Origin: Alphaproteobacteria bacterium | GTDB lineage: Bacteria > Pseudomonadota > Alphaproteobacteria > UBA828 | Assembly (NCBI GenBank): GCA_965221125.1 | Contig: CBDCRW010000004.1 | Coordinates: 704,001-768,000, forward strand | Length of the DNA: 64,000 nucleotides | Direction: 5' to 3' | Part shown: positions 20,089 through 29,264 of the stretch, one piece after another | Numbering within the stretch: the first letter of the stretch is position 1 | Layout of the letters: every line of letters begins with the position of its first letter | The notes under the pieces: model-generated | What the model saw: the letters and a program-made list of their open reading frames with translations, nothing else | What the model was told of the DNA's origin: nothing | Database searches by the model: none | Program-made: the position numbers and the translations under genes

Positions 20089-22353
20089 ATGAACCTGAAG
20101 AAGGTAATATCCTCTGCCGTTTCAAGAGCGAGGAGGAACATTCGGCAAAGAATTTCGGCTCTGTGGATCTACGCGCATCGCGCTCAATACAAGCTGGGAC
20201 AGTATCGGCTTCGCTATGCCGCGATCGTAGTATTTGCCGTTTTGGTACTTCTCGTACTAGCCAGTTTCTATCTGTTGCCGCACTTGCAGGCAGCTCTCGA
20301 GGCCCACTACGCGACAGAAGAAGCCTTCCACGGGCTGCAACGACTGATGCTGAACGTGGGAACGGCACTAATCGGCGCTGCCGCCATCGTTACCTCGCTC
20401 GTGCTGTTCGCCATGCAAGTGAATATCGAGCGCATGCCCCACGGACTCTTTCGGCGCCTGAGCACGGACCGCCGCTTGCTCGGTGCATTTGGCGGCGCAT
20501 TTCTCCTTGCAATCGGCATCGCCACGTTCTCTACCGTTCCGGAGCAGAACTGGTCGGCGTATGTCCTCCTCTCAGCCGCATGGGCGGTCTTGTTAATTCT
20601 CCTGTTGTTCCTTTATGCCTATCGACGCGCCCTGATTCTCATCAACCCGTTACAGCAGTTGGGAATACTCCTTCAAGACACTCGCAACGACCTACGAATC
20701 TGGGATCGACGGGCCCGACGTGCGATGCCCCTCCTTGAGCCCGAAGAGACCGAAGCGGCCGATCCGTCGCACGATGGCCCCACGCATGACCTTGCCCGTA
20801 TAGCTTTCTTCCGGATTAACAGCCGTTGGTCGGATGGAGCAGCGCGGGGTGTCCGACATGCGATGTCGTTCGCCCGGCGCTATGCCGAACACGGAGACTA
20901 CGAAATTTCAGCCACCGCACTGAGCGCCGTCGTTGGCATCAACCGCGCGTATATAACGGCCAAGGGAAAGACGTTCTATGCCAACCCCCCGTTCATGGAC
21001 GATCCCCGTTCGAGAGACTCGTTCATTACAGACACCCTGGAGTACATCCGCCAAAACGTTCAAATCGGAATTGTACGGCGAGATGAGCAACAGTTGCAGC
21101 AGGCCTTGTGGACTCTAGGGGCGCTCGTTCGCTTATATCAGACTATCGACTACTCCAGTCCATATGCCACGAAGAACCATGCCCATCTTGCAGCGGGATA
21201 CCTGTCGCACGCGGTGCAGTCCATGGTTCCTCACGATATGGCCGATGTGCTTATGGAGGGAGTGCGGCTCATGGGGCAATCAGCCCAGCACTTCGTCGCC
21301 CACGGAGAGCCAAATGAAATAGCGACGCTCACACAGAAGATCGCCTCTATCGCTCGTACCGGCTGTGTGAGAGAGGACTACCGCCCAGTCACGATGGAAG
21401 GCATGACCCAGCTCGCGACTCTCACCCTCGATGTCATTCGCTCCAAAAACAGCAACACCGGATTCGCGCTGGGAGAAATCAGCCGGAACGTTGCTCTCAT
21501 TTCGGAGCCGTTTCTCACCGTGCCCGATCCCCCCATGTCCAACATCCACAGCACATTTCTAGGACCATACTACTCGTCGACGAGTACAGAGAGCTTGAGG
21601 TTTCGAATGACGGATTTAGTCAACGCTCTCTCCCAGGAACAAGAAGATCATGAGGGTGCCCAGTCCATCATTTGGAACATTGAGCAATGGGCAGATGACC
21701 TTCACCAACCGACGAAGGCGCTCCTGCTCGCGGCTATAAGAGCGAGGTCTCACTTCACCATCACTGTGTTCCAATGGATTGCAGGCGTAACGGAACTCCT
21801 ACTGTTCCTGTCGAATGCGCCCGCATGCGACCCTCACACTCGTGAAAAGCTTCGGAAGCACGCCCGTGGGTTGATCGCGACCTTGACATGGATTCCTGAC
21901 GACAAGGAATCGGTGACATTCGCGGAGAACCTCATGTTGACCGAGACCATGTTCAAAGCCGGGATCGACGCACGCGACCAAGGCTGTATAGAAGTTGCAA
22001 AGGTGATCGAACAAGATCTCCTGTCGTGGACGTTTAAGGGCGGCAGATACAATAGCGGATGGAGAGTGCTCGAGCGAGGATTGTGTGCATGTGCTGCACT
22101 TGTGTTGATTGGAGAAGATGGCAGCATCGATGCACTCAAGACCAAAATTTGCGTGTGTCTCCGGGACGACCGGGCACCGGAGAAGGAAGTGCTGGATAGC
22201 GCTGCGAGGGGAATTCGTGAAAAGGCCGGTAACCTCCGAATGGATGCCCATTGGTCGTCGAGTATTGATAGAGTTATGTCACAGCTGGATTACAAAAAAC
22301 TTTCGCCGCTATTGCACGATATTGCAGATATCCTATCTCCGCCAGTTCAATAA
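20089..22353 (+). CDS. Hypothetical membrane protein: four N-terminal TM helices plus large helical domain
   Basis: 754-aa ORF, lower GC than backbone, four hydrophobic segments in the first ~180 aa. Confidence 0.8.
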   Translation: MNLKKVISSAVSRARRNIRQRISALWIYAHRAQYKLGQYRLRYAAIVVFAVLVLLVLASFYLLPHLQAALEAHYATEEAFHGLQRLMLNVGTALIGAAAIVTSLVLFAMQVNIERMPHGLFRRLSTDRRLLGAFGGAFLLAIGIATFSTVPEQNWSAYVLLSAAWAVLLILLLFLYAYRRALILINPLQQLGILLQDTRNDLRIWDRRARRAMPLLEPEETEAADPSHDGPTHDLARIAFFRINSRWSDGAARGVRHAMSFARRYAEHGDYEISATALSAVVGINRAYITAKGKTFYANPPFMDDPRSRDSFITDTLEYIRQNVQIGIVRRDEQQLQQALWTLGALVRLYQTIDYSSPYATKNHAHLAAGYLSHAVQSMVPHDMADVLMEGVRLMGQSAQHFVAHGEPNEIATLTQKIASIARTGCVREDYRPVTMEGMTQLATLTLDVIRSKNSNTGFALGEISRNVALISEPFLTVPDPPMSNIHSTFLGPYYSSTSTESLRFRMTDLVNALSQEQEDHEGAQSIIWNIEQWADDLHQPTKALLLAAIRARSHFTITVFQWIAGVTELLLFLSNAPACDPHTREKLRKHARGLIATLTWIPDDKESVTFAENLMLTETMFKAGIDARDQGCIEVAKVIEQDLLSWTFKGGRYNSGWRVLERGLCACAALVLIGEDGSIDALKTKICVCLRDDRAPEKEVLDSAARGIREKAGNLRMDAHWSSSIDRVMSQLDYKKLSPLLHDIADILSPPVQ

Positions 22354-22492
22354 TTTCGGTTTGAGGGACTCTCTGCTGCGCTTGGGACTCTTGCCTGGTT
22401 TGCTGGGCGAAGTAGCCGGTGCACCCACACTTGAGGCCATCGTGCCGGAACAACCTGTGCTTCAAGACCTGCCTTGAAAATGATTTGCCCGT

Positions 22493-23638
22493 TTATCCCG
22501 CCACCTCGGCAATGCGGCTGGCGATCCGGTTTGCGGCCGACTTGACGGGATCGTTGGCGAGGTGGGCATAGCGGGCGGTGGTCTGGACCTGCGTGTGGCC
22601 CAAGAGCTTTCCGATCATCGGCAGGCCCTCACCGACCAACAGCCCTCCGCTGGCGAAGCTGTGCCGCAGGTCATGGATCCGCACGTCACTCAGTCCGGCA
22701 CGCTCTCTGATACGCCTCCACGGGTGCTGCAGGTCGGTGAGATGGCTCCCCGGCTTGCGTCCCGCGATCACCCACGGGTTATCTTTCTGCCTGCCGATCC
22801 CGCGCAGCACCGCGATCGCAGGTTCCCCGAGATGCACGACCTTGGCTCCAGTCTTCGTGTCCGGCAGCCTCAGCTCCCCGGCGTCGAGTTCCACATGCTC
22901 CCATTTCAGCTTCTGGATCTCCGACAACCGGCAGCCGGTCAGCATCAGAAGGCGGACCGCCGCGATGGCGGCGGCCGTCTCCGAGCGCTCCTGCTCGATC
23001 TCTTTCAAAGCGGCGCCCAGGCGCTGGTACTCCTCGTCCGACAGAAAGCGCTCCCGCTTCTCCTCCTTGAACCGCTTCACATGCCGGCACGGGTTCGAGC
23101 CGTCAGGCCGAATCTCCCATAGCTCTGCGAGATTCATCATCTTCGACAGCACGCCCAGCGTCCGGTTGGCCTGATAGGGGGTGTCGCGCATGTTGTGGTG
23201 GAGTGCGGCGATGTCGCTCCGCTGAACGTCCGGCACCCGCAGCTTGCCGATGCGGGGGTCGATGAACAGCTCGATCGAGCGGCGGTACTCCTCTGCCGTG
23301 CTCGCCTTGCAGTGGTCGGGGACGTACTCCTTGAGGAACCGTTTCCCGAGATCACGCATGGTCGGCGCCCCGGACCTGCGCCCCGAAGGGTTCTTTCCGG
23401 CCCTCGCGTCCGTGATGATCTCGGCGGCCCGCACGCGGGCATACGTGGTGGAAACAGCCGTGCAGGGCCCGATGGTCATCTTGATGACCCGCCCGCGATG
23501 GCGCGTCTTGACGATGAAGACCTTGCGCCCCGAGGGATGGATCCTCACGCCGAAGCCCTTGAGGTCGTCGTCCCAGACCACGCGCTCGCGTTCTTTGGGC
23601 TTGAGGGCATCGACGGTGCGCTTGGTGATCTTGGGCAT
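22493..23638 (-). CDS. Tyrosine integrase (island 2)
   Basis: TGCRLSE, IHDLRHSFAS, LLGHTQVQTTARY; adjacent to att 2. Confidence 0.95.
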   Translation of the reverse strand: MPKITKRTVDALKPKERERVVWDDDLKGFGVRIHPSGRKVFIVKTRHRGRVIKMTIGPCTAVSTTYARVRAAEIITDARAGKNPSGRRSGAPTMRDLGKRFLKEYVPDHCKASTAEEYRRSIELFIDPRIGKLRVPDVQRSDIAALHHNMRDTPYQANRTLGVLSKMMNLAELWEIRPDGSNPCRHVKRFKEEKRERFLSDEEYQRLGAALKEIEQERSETAAAIAAVRLLMLTGCRLSEIQKLKWEHVELDAGELRLPDTKTGAKVVHLGEPAIAVLRGIGRQKDNPWVIAGRKPGSHLTDLQHPWRRIRERAGLSDVRIHDLRHSFASGGLLVGEGLPMIGKLLGHTQVQTTARYAHLANDPVKSAANRIASRIAEVAG

Positions 23639-23661
23639 GGCGATTGTCCTTGCGTCCTAAT

Positions 23662-23682
23662 CCCAGGTACCCTATAGGTACC
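23662..23682 (+). promoter_or_regulatory. Putative arm-type sites of integrase 2 (GGTACC x2)
   Basis: CCCAGGTACCCTATAGGTACC; counterpart at 319-339 minus. Confidence 0.6.
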
Positions 23683-23802
23683 TGGAGGGAGTAACTTCGG
23701 GGTTATTCTAGAGCCGTCTTGAACACGAAGGAAGCGTGAAATACAAGGAAAATCAACCTCCTGATCCTTTATGATCTCTCCTGACCACGAACCTAGACCA
23801 AA

Positions 23803-23847
<45 letters not shown>

Positions 23848-23850
23848 CTG

Positions 23851-23887
23851 AAAGCCCTTGAAAACATTGCGTTTTCGAGGGCTTTTT
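23851..23887 (+). terminator. Intrinsic terminator after att 2
   Basis: AAAGCCCTTGAAAAC / GTTTTCGAGGGCTTT stem followed by T-run. Confidence 0.75.
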
Positions 23888-23917
23888 CATTTTGGTCAGG
23901 TGGCCGGTTTGGCAAGT

Positions 23918-23937
23918 TGGCAAACTATTGGCAAACA
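23918..23937 (+). promoter_or_regulatory. Putative arm-type sites of integrase 3, left end
   Basis: TGGCAAACTATTGGCAAACA identical to 54293-54312. Confidence 0.7.
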
Positions 23938-24034
23938 TTTTGATTCGAACGAGAGGCGACGCACGCGCTGCCCTGGTCGTGACTGGCACCCCGTTGGTTT
24001 TCGTTCGGTCACCGGGTGACGCGGGCGGATAATG

Positions 24035-24916
24035 TCACCGGTTTAGAGTTCGCCGCCAGTCTCTTCTGAGGGGCCGGAGCCAGACGTCTTTCCTGGGCTG
24101 ATCCCGTTTGGTGTGCCTGTCGTATCGGCCGCGTCCCTGGGTGGTTCCGACGTGGGTCCAGCCCGATGCCCTGTAGAGCGCGCCGGTGAAGCGCGGGGTC
24201 TCGACGAAGGTCTCGATGAGCACGGGCGTGACGTTGTAGCGCTGGGTCCAGTCGCCGGGTAGTTGTCGGCGCACGAGCGAGAGGATGTGCGAGCCGAGGT
24301 TGGGGATCGCGATCCAGGGCAGGATCAGGAACCTCGGGTTGTCGATCACGAGGGGCAGGTTCTTTTCCCGCAGTTGCGGCGTCCATCCGATGAAGCGGTC
24401 GCGGGGTGCGAGCTTCCGTGCCGCGGTGCTGAAGCCGAGCATGGCCAGCGGCCAGCCGTTTCGGTCGTGGACGGCGTAGCGCATCTGGGCGCCGACCAGG
24501 GTCTTGTAACCGAGATAGTGGTAGCGGGCGACGAACTCGTTCCACAGCTTGCCCTCGCGGCTGTAGCGGACGGCAGGCCGTAGATCGAGCGGGCGAACCG
24601 CGTCGAGGGATGTGGGAGCCGGATGTGCCGGCGGCTCGGTGTCGGGTCCGAACACCATGGGCCGGCGCGGCGGGCGCGGCCATTTCGGCGGCGGCAGGAC
24701 GATCACCCCGTCCTTGTGCATGGCCAGCATGGTCACCCTGGCCATCATGTCCTTGAGGCCGCCGTCGGGCTTGAACCAGCCGATGCGCTGGCAGAACTCC
24801 CTCGACAGGGCATGGCGGTTGGGTGGCGGGTCGGCGGCGATCAGCGCGCGCAGGAGCGCCATTTCCCCGGCGGTGAAGTCGCGCCCGTAATAGCGGCACT
24901 CGACGGCAGCCGTCAT
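24035..24916 (-). CDS. DUF4338 (DruA-like) domain protein
   Basis: YHYLGY, RDRFIGW, RFLILPW..PNLGSHIL, ETFVE, G..Y.ASGW..VG.TQGRG. Confidence 0.88.
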   Translation of the reverse strand: MTAAVECRYYGRDFTAGEMALLRALIAADPPPNRHALSREFCQRIGWFKPDGGLKDMMARVTMLAMHKDGVIVLPPPKWPRPPRRPMVFGPDTEPPAHPAPTSLDAVRPLDLRPAVRYSREGKLWNEFVARYHYLGYKTLVGAQMRYAVHDRNGWPLAMLGFSTAARKLAPRDRFIGWTPQLREKNLPLVIDNPRFLILPWIAIPNLGSHILSLVRRQLPGDWTQRYNVTPVLIETFVETPRFTGALYRASGWTHVGTTQGRGRYDRHTKRDQPRKDVWLRPLRRDWRRTLNR

Positions 24917-27375
24917 CCCGGCGCCATCAGCGCGCGCCTGCGTTCCTCGCTCATCGACCACGGCAGCCAAGGCGACGGTTCGTCCGGCGGTCGGCCGCCG
25001 TTTTCAGCGCAGGCTTGAAGCCATGCCTCCAGCCAGCGCCGGACATCGATGCCGTTCGTCGCCAGCGTGGCGATGACGGAGTACATCAGCGCCGTGAACC
25101 GGGCGCCGGTCTCGCTGTCGGAGCCGAACGAGAGCCGTCGTCCGATGACGGGGCCTCTGAGCGCCCTCTCCGCGGCGTTATTGTCCATGGGGACCTGGGG
25201 CTCGCTGACGAAGACGCTCAGCCCACTGCGATGGTTGAGCAGCGAGCGCAGCGCCTTGGTCTCGCGCGCTCCGGCCGGCAAGGCGCCGAGTTCCTGCTGG
25301 GCGTCCGCGAACAGGCGCTCGACCTCCGCTTCCAACGCGGCCTGCGCGACGGCATACGCCGGCGTCTGGGGTTCGAGAGCGGGGTCGTAATGTGCCAGCC
25401 TCGCCTCGTTCAGCTTGTAGATCGACGCGATGCGTTCGATCCATTTCTGGCACCAGTGGGTCAGCCGCGCCTGACCGGCCGCGCCGTGGATGAAGTCGCG
25501 GCGCTGATGCGCCCAGCACCAACAGAGAATCACCGCACCGTCGAGTTCGCGCGCCATCGTCTTGTAGGTCGAGAGGCGGTCGCAGACGAGGAACAGGGTG
25601 CACGCGGTGGCGCCGAACAAGCGGTGGGCGACCTTGGCGCTACGCGAGGGGTCGATGTGGAAGTAGACCGCGTCGTCGCTCACCGAGGTCCACAGCCAGG
25701 CGCGGCTGGTGCGGTCCGCCTCGCTCAGGGACTGGACGCGCCAGCCGGTCTCGTCGCCATGGCGCACCGCCGCCGCGTTCTGGTGCGCGCGGATCGCCTG
25801 GTCGAATGGCTCGAACAGCGGCAGGAAGCGCGGCACGCTGTCGGCCAGCGTCCCGACGGAGATCGGCAACCCCTGGTCCGACATCCATGCGGAGACCCTG
25901 TGCAGCGGCCGCAGGCAGGCGTAGCGCTCGAACAGAACGCTCGCCCACACGCTGGTTCCGTAGGGCGTCCTGGGGAACAGTCTCGGCACCGGGGGAGCCG
26001 ACACCTCCAGAGGCGACGACGCACAGCCGCAACTCCGGCGCCATCGGGGACGCACGATCCTGCGGGTGTGGGCCTTGACGGCGATCTCGATGATGGTGGA
26101 GGAGCGCTCGCCGTTCATCACGTAGGGCTTCCCGCAACAGGAACACATGCGAGCATTCCTCGGCGGGTTGCGTTCTTCCTTCTTCTCCTCAAGCGCGGGC
26201 CGCTGCGTGCGTCCGTGGCCGGGAGCGCCGGGCTGCTGGCCGCGCTTGCGCTCCGAGCGCGGCTTCTTCTGCTGTTCGCTCCTGCTGCCGAAGAGGGCCT
26301 TCTGCAGTACGGCCGCGCTCGCACGGAGCCTGGCATACTGCATTTCCAGCTTCTCGATCCGGCTCTGTGATGCCTTCGCGTTCTTGCGCAGCCGGCGGAG
26401 CCCCTTCAAGAGCGCCCTGATCGTATTCTTCTGACGCCGCGATCTTCTGAGCGCCACACGCAGCTCGGTGGTCCGGTTGGACACGGCCCTGCGCAGTTGG
26501 CGGATCTCTCTCGACTGCGACCTGATCGTCTGCTTCTGGCGCCATGATCTCCAGAGCGCCGCACGCAACTGAGGGCCTGCGATGGGCCCGGGAAGCGTTT
26601 TCTTCTCCGCGAGAAGCTTGGCGAACTTGGCCTTCATGGCCGCCTTCCCGGCCTCGGCCACGTCCAGCGCGAACCGCAGCCCGGACACCTCGTCCGAGAG
26701 CGACCGAACCCTGTCCGATTGATCGCGCAGCCGTCTCAGCGTCGCGCGCAGCTCAATGTCCCGGTCGAACTGTTGGCGTATCGTCGCCTTGTGCCTCTCC
26801 GTCGCCTGTTCCTCGCGGACCAGCCGCTTGCTCAAACGGTCGACCTCCCTGTTGAGCCGGGTCACCTCCTTGCGCAGCTCGCCGCGTTCCGTGCGCAAGG
26901 CGTCGATCGTGGCCTTCCGGTGCTCCATCGGCCCCGGGGCCACACGCAGCCCGCGGCTCTCCTTGTCGACCTTTGTGATCGGCCGGGGCCTGGACGTCTC
27001 GATGCCGGCTTCGGAAAGCAGCTTCTCCAGGCGCGTGACTTCCGCTTGCAGGGAAAGAGCGTTCTTCGCCGTGCGGCGGACGCTCTCCGTCTCCTCGCGG
27101 GCAGCCTTCAACTTGGCCCGGTTCGAGTCGGCCTGCCACTTCAGGGAACCCACCTTGGCGCGGGCGTCCACCTCCGCTCGGCGCAACTCTTCGCAGCACG
27201 CTTCGGCCGTGTCCGCTCGCGAGCGCTCCCGTTCCGCGCGGGCATGTTCCTGCTCGTACAGGGACCGCCAGTCACGTGCCTCGCGTGTCAGGGCCGATGC
27301 GGAGGACGACAAGATCCCGTCGTCCCCCTCGATCAGCGCCAGGTCTGCCCCGAAATCCTCGTCACGGCTCGCCAT
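24913..27375 (-). CDS. IS66-family transposase with long N-terminal coiled coil
   Basis: LFG.RSE, GQQPGAPGHGR, CSCCG zinc finger, HGDETGW, CWAHQRRDF, DNNAAERALR. Confidence 0.92.
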   Translation of the reverse strand: MASRDEDFGADLALIEGDDGILSSSASALTREARDWRSLYEQEHARAERERSRADTAEACCEELRRAEVDARAKVGSLKWQADSNRAKLKAAREETESVRRTAKNALSLQAEVTRLEKLLSEAGIETSRPRPITKVDKESRGLRVAPGPMEHRKATIDALRTERGELRKEVTRLNREVDRLSKRLVREEQATERHKATIRQQFDRDIELRATLRRLRDQSDRVRSLSDEVSGLRFALDVAEAGKAAMKAKFAKLLAEKKTLPGPIAGPQLRAALWRSWRQKQTIRSQSREIRQLRRAVSNRTTELRVALRRSRRQKNTIRALLKGLRRLRKNAKASQSRIEKLEMQYARLRASAAVLQKALFGSRSEQQKKPRSERKRGQQPGAPGHGRTQRPALEEKKEERNPPRNARMCSCCGKPYVMNGERSSTIIEIAVKAHTRRIVRPRWRRSCGCASSPLEVSAPPVPRLFPRTPYGTSVWASVLFERYACLRPLHRVSAWMSDQGLPISVGTLADSVPRFLPLFEPFDQAIRAHQNAAAVRHGDETGWRVQSLSEADRTSRAWLWTSVSDDAVYFHIDPSRSAKVAHRLFGATACTLFLVCDRLSTYKTMARELDGAVILCWCWAHQRRDFIHGAAGQARLTHWCQKWIERIASIYKLNEARLAHYDPALEPQTPAYAVAQAALEAEVERLFADAQQELGALPAGARETKALRSLLNHRSGLSVFVSEPQVPMDNNAAERALRGPVIGRRLSFGSDSETGARFTALMYSVIATLATNGIDVRRWLEAWLQACAENGGRPPDEPSPWLPWSMSEERRRALMAPG

Positions 27376-27514
27376 GCGCGGAAGCTAGCGCATGTCGAAT
27401 CGCGTTACCAGTCCCGAATTGCTACATGTGGTGGTGTGGACGAAGGCAGCCCCAGCATCTGCCCCATAACCCGGTAACCGAACAATTACCCCCGTTGGGT
27501 ACCGAACCTAAAGG

Positions 27515-27635
27515 TGGAGAGGCGGGCAGGACGACCGGCGCGTCGGGCTCGCGGGAATACGGCTCCACGATGGCCGCCATGCGTATCCCTTATGAGGGGC
27601 CGGCCTTGGGCGAGGGCCTGACCATGATCGGGAAA
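27515..27635 (+). pseudogene. Degenerate fragment of a tyrosine integrase C-terminus
   Basis: Reads GLAGIRLHDGRHAY then, frameshifted, ALGEGLTMIGK; matches GLEDVRIHDLRHSY / ALGESLTMIGK of integrase 3. Confidence 0.65.
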
Positions 27636-27781
27636 TGGCCTTGCTGCTGTAACGGGTCAGGGTCTGGAAGCGATTCGCCGGGTTGCAGGTGCACGACTTC
27701 CATTGTTCGCAAAGGGCGCCGTAGATTGGATTCTTGCGCTCGCGCGTGGAAGTTCCGTCATTCTTCGAGGGATTCCCTGTC

Positions 27782-29137
27782 ATGACGACTTGCGATTGGA
27801 GCAGAGAAGACTGGTTGGAGGGCATGGTTCGCGCCCTGACCCCCTTAGTGGAAACCGTTTCCGCGGCGCCTTATGGCGTCGATCCCATTCCAAATGCGCG
27901 TTACCGGCAATTGGCGGAACTGGCGACGACCGATGAACGTGCAAGAGCGTATTTTGATCAACTACGTCCCAAGCTCGATGAGATACCCGGCGATTTGATC
28001 GATCTGGTGTGTCAGCATCCGGTAATGAAGCCCAACATAGGTGGAACCGGCGACGACCTCGCAACATTCATCCGAATGCCGTCCCACGGCAGCCGCTTAC
28101 AGTTGAGTACTCTGGTCTGCTTCTTGACAAAGAATGCCGCGCAGCATGGGTGCCTGGGAGCCGTCCGACACCTCGACCGCTTCCTGATGCTCAGCTCTGA
28201 AGGTCGCGTGCCCGGCTATCAAATTGCCGTTTTCCGCGGGTTGACCATGGCGGGCGAAATCGAGGTCGCACCGGGACTTGAAATCCTCGAATACGGGCGC
28301 GCGGTGGAGCGTGGCCTGGTGCCGAACGAGTCCTTCGGTCCGGCGGACATCACGCCCGACTATGGCGGCATGGGCGCACTGGTCTTGGCCCGCCAGATGA
28401 CGTGGGGTCCATGCATTGTGCCTCCGCCGACGTCCAAAGACCTTTTCAGAGACGAATTCGAAGGAGCGGCACCTACGTTTCGATGGAGCCCTGGACGCAG
28501 TACAGGCATCGTCTTCGACCTTCTTTCGGTATGTGCTTCTCACACCGTTGAGCCGCTCCGGATATCGTACAGCGCTCCGGAGTTCATCGACGTGTATCCC
28601 GGGCTGGTTTCGGGATCCGGCTCCGGCTTCTCCCATGGAGAGCGATGGTCGAAGCAAGACCTTACCGAGGACCAAGTCCGCCAACTTCGGGAGCTGCTGC
28701 ACCTGTGGGAGAATTTCAGTGCGGCCAAGCACGAAATCCTGGAGTTGGCGGTCAGTCGCCTGTTGTCGGCCACGGGAAGAAATCGGGGCCGGTTTTGGGT
28801 GCCGGATCGTATTCTCGACGCGGCGATCGCCCTTGAAATCATGTACGAATTGAATCCGCCCGAGCTGGCCAACAAACTGGCGACTCGAGCGGCGCACCTG
28901 CTTGCGAAGGAAACGGACGAGCGAATCGAAATATTCGATCGGGTAACCATGTTCTACGAGGCGCGGTCGAAAATCGCGCATGGCGACACCGGCAAACGTC
29001 AAAAGAAGAAAAAGAAGGAGACGATTGATTTCAAGCACGCCGCCGACTCGGGTTTTGCGCTGGCATCCGAGACCCTGCGTGCATTGCTCGACAGAGGTGA
29101 ATTCCCGAATTGGAAAGAATTGGTCTTGTCGCCCTAG
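27782..29137 (+). CDS. HEPN domain protein (ApeA-like C-terminal RNase)
   Basis: AIALEIMY, LATRAAHLL, YEARSKIAHG (Rx4H motif). Confidence 0.82.
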   Translation: MTTCDWSREDWLEGMVRALTPLVETVSAAPYGVDPIPNARYRQLAELATTDERARAYFDQLRPKLDEIPGDLIDLVCQHPVMKPNIGGTGDDLATFIRMPSHGSRLQLSTLVCFLTKNAAQHGCLGAVRHLDRFLMLSSEGRVPGYQIAVFRGLTMAGEIEVAPGLEILEYGRAVERGLVPNESFGPADITPDYGGMGALVLARQMTWGPCIVPPPTSKDLFRDEFEGAAPTFRWSPGRSTGIVFDLLSVCASHTVEPLRISYSAPEFIDVYPGLVSGSGSGFSHGERWSKQDLTEDQVRQLRELLHLWENFSAAKHEILELAVSRLLSATGRNRGRFWVPDRILDAAIALEIMYELNPPELANKLATRAAHLLAKETDERIEIFDRVTMFYEARSKIAHGDTGKRQKKKKKETIDFKHAADSGFALASETLRALLDRGEFPNWKELVLSP

Positions 29138-29264
29138 CGGATCGTCGGAATAGCTGTCCAGCCGGTTCACTCTCCGTTAGGGAACTACAGATGATCGGAG
29201 TAACACGGTGGTGAGCACGTTCGGCCACTGGTGTCCGCAGTGGGCGACAGAAGAATGCGGCTGA

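Larger units (their letters stand above)
23997..27489 (-). mobile_element. IS66-family element (3493 bp) carrying a DUF4338 gene
   Basis: 8-bp TSD CCCCGTTG at 23989-23996 and 27490-27497; TIRs GTTTTCGTTCGGTCACCGGGT / GTAATTGTTCGGTTACCGGGT. Confidence 0.9.

Noticed and set aside
24035-24916. Druantia defence system
   Set aside because: Only a DUF4338 gene inside IS ends; no DruE helicase or other Dru genes
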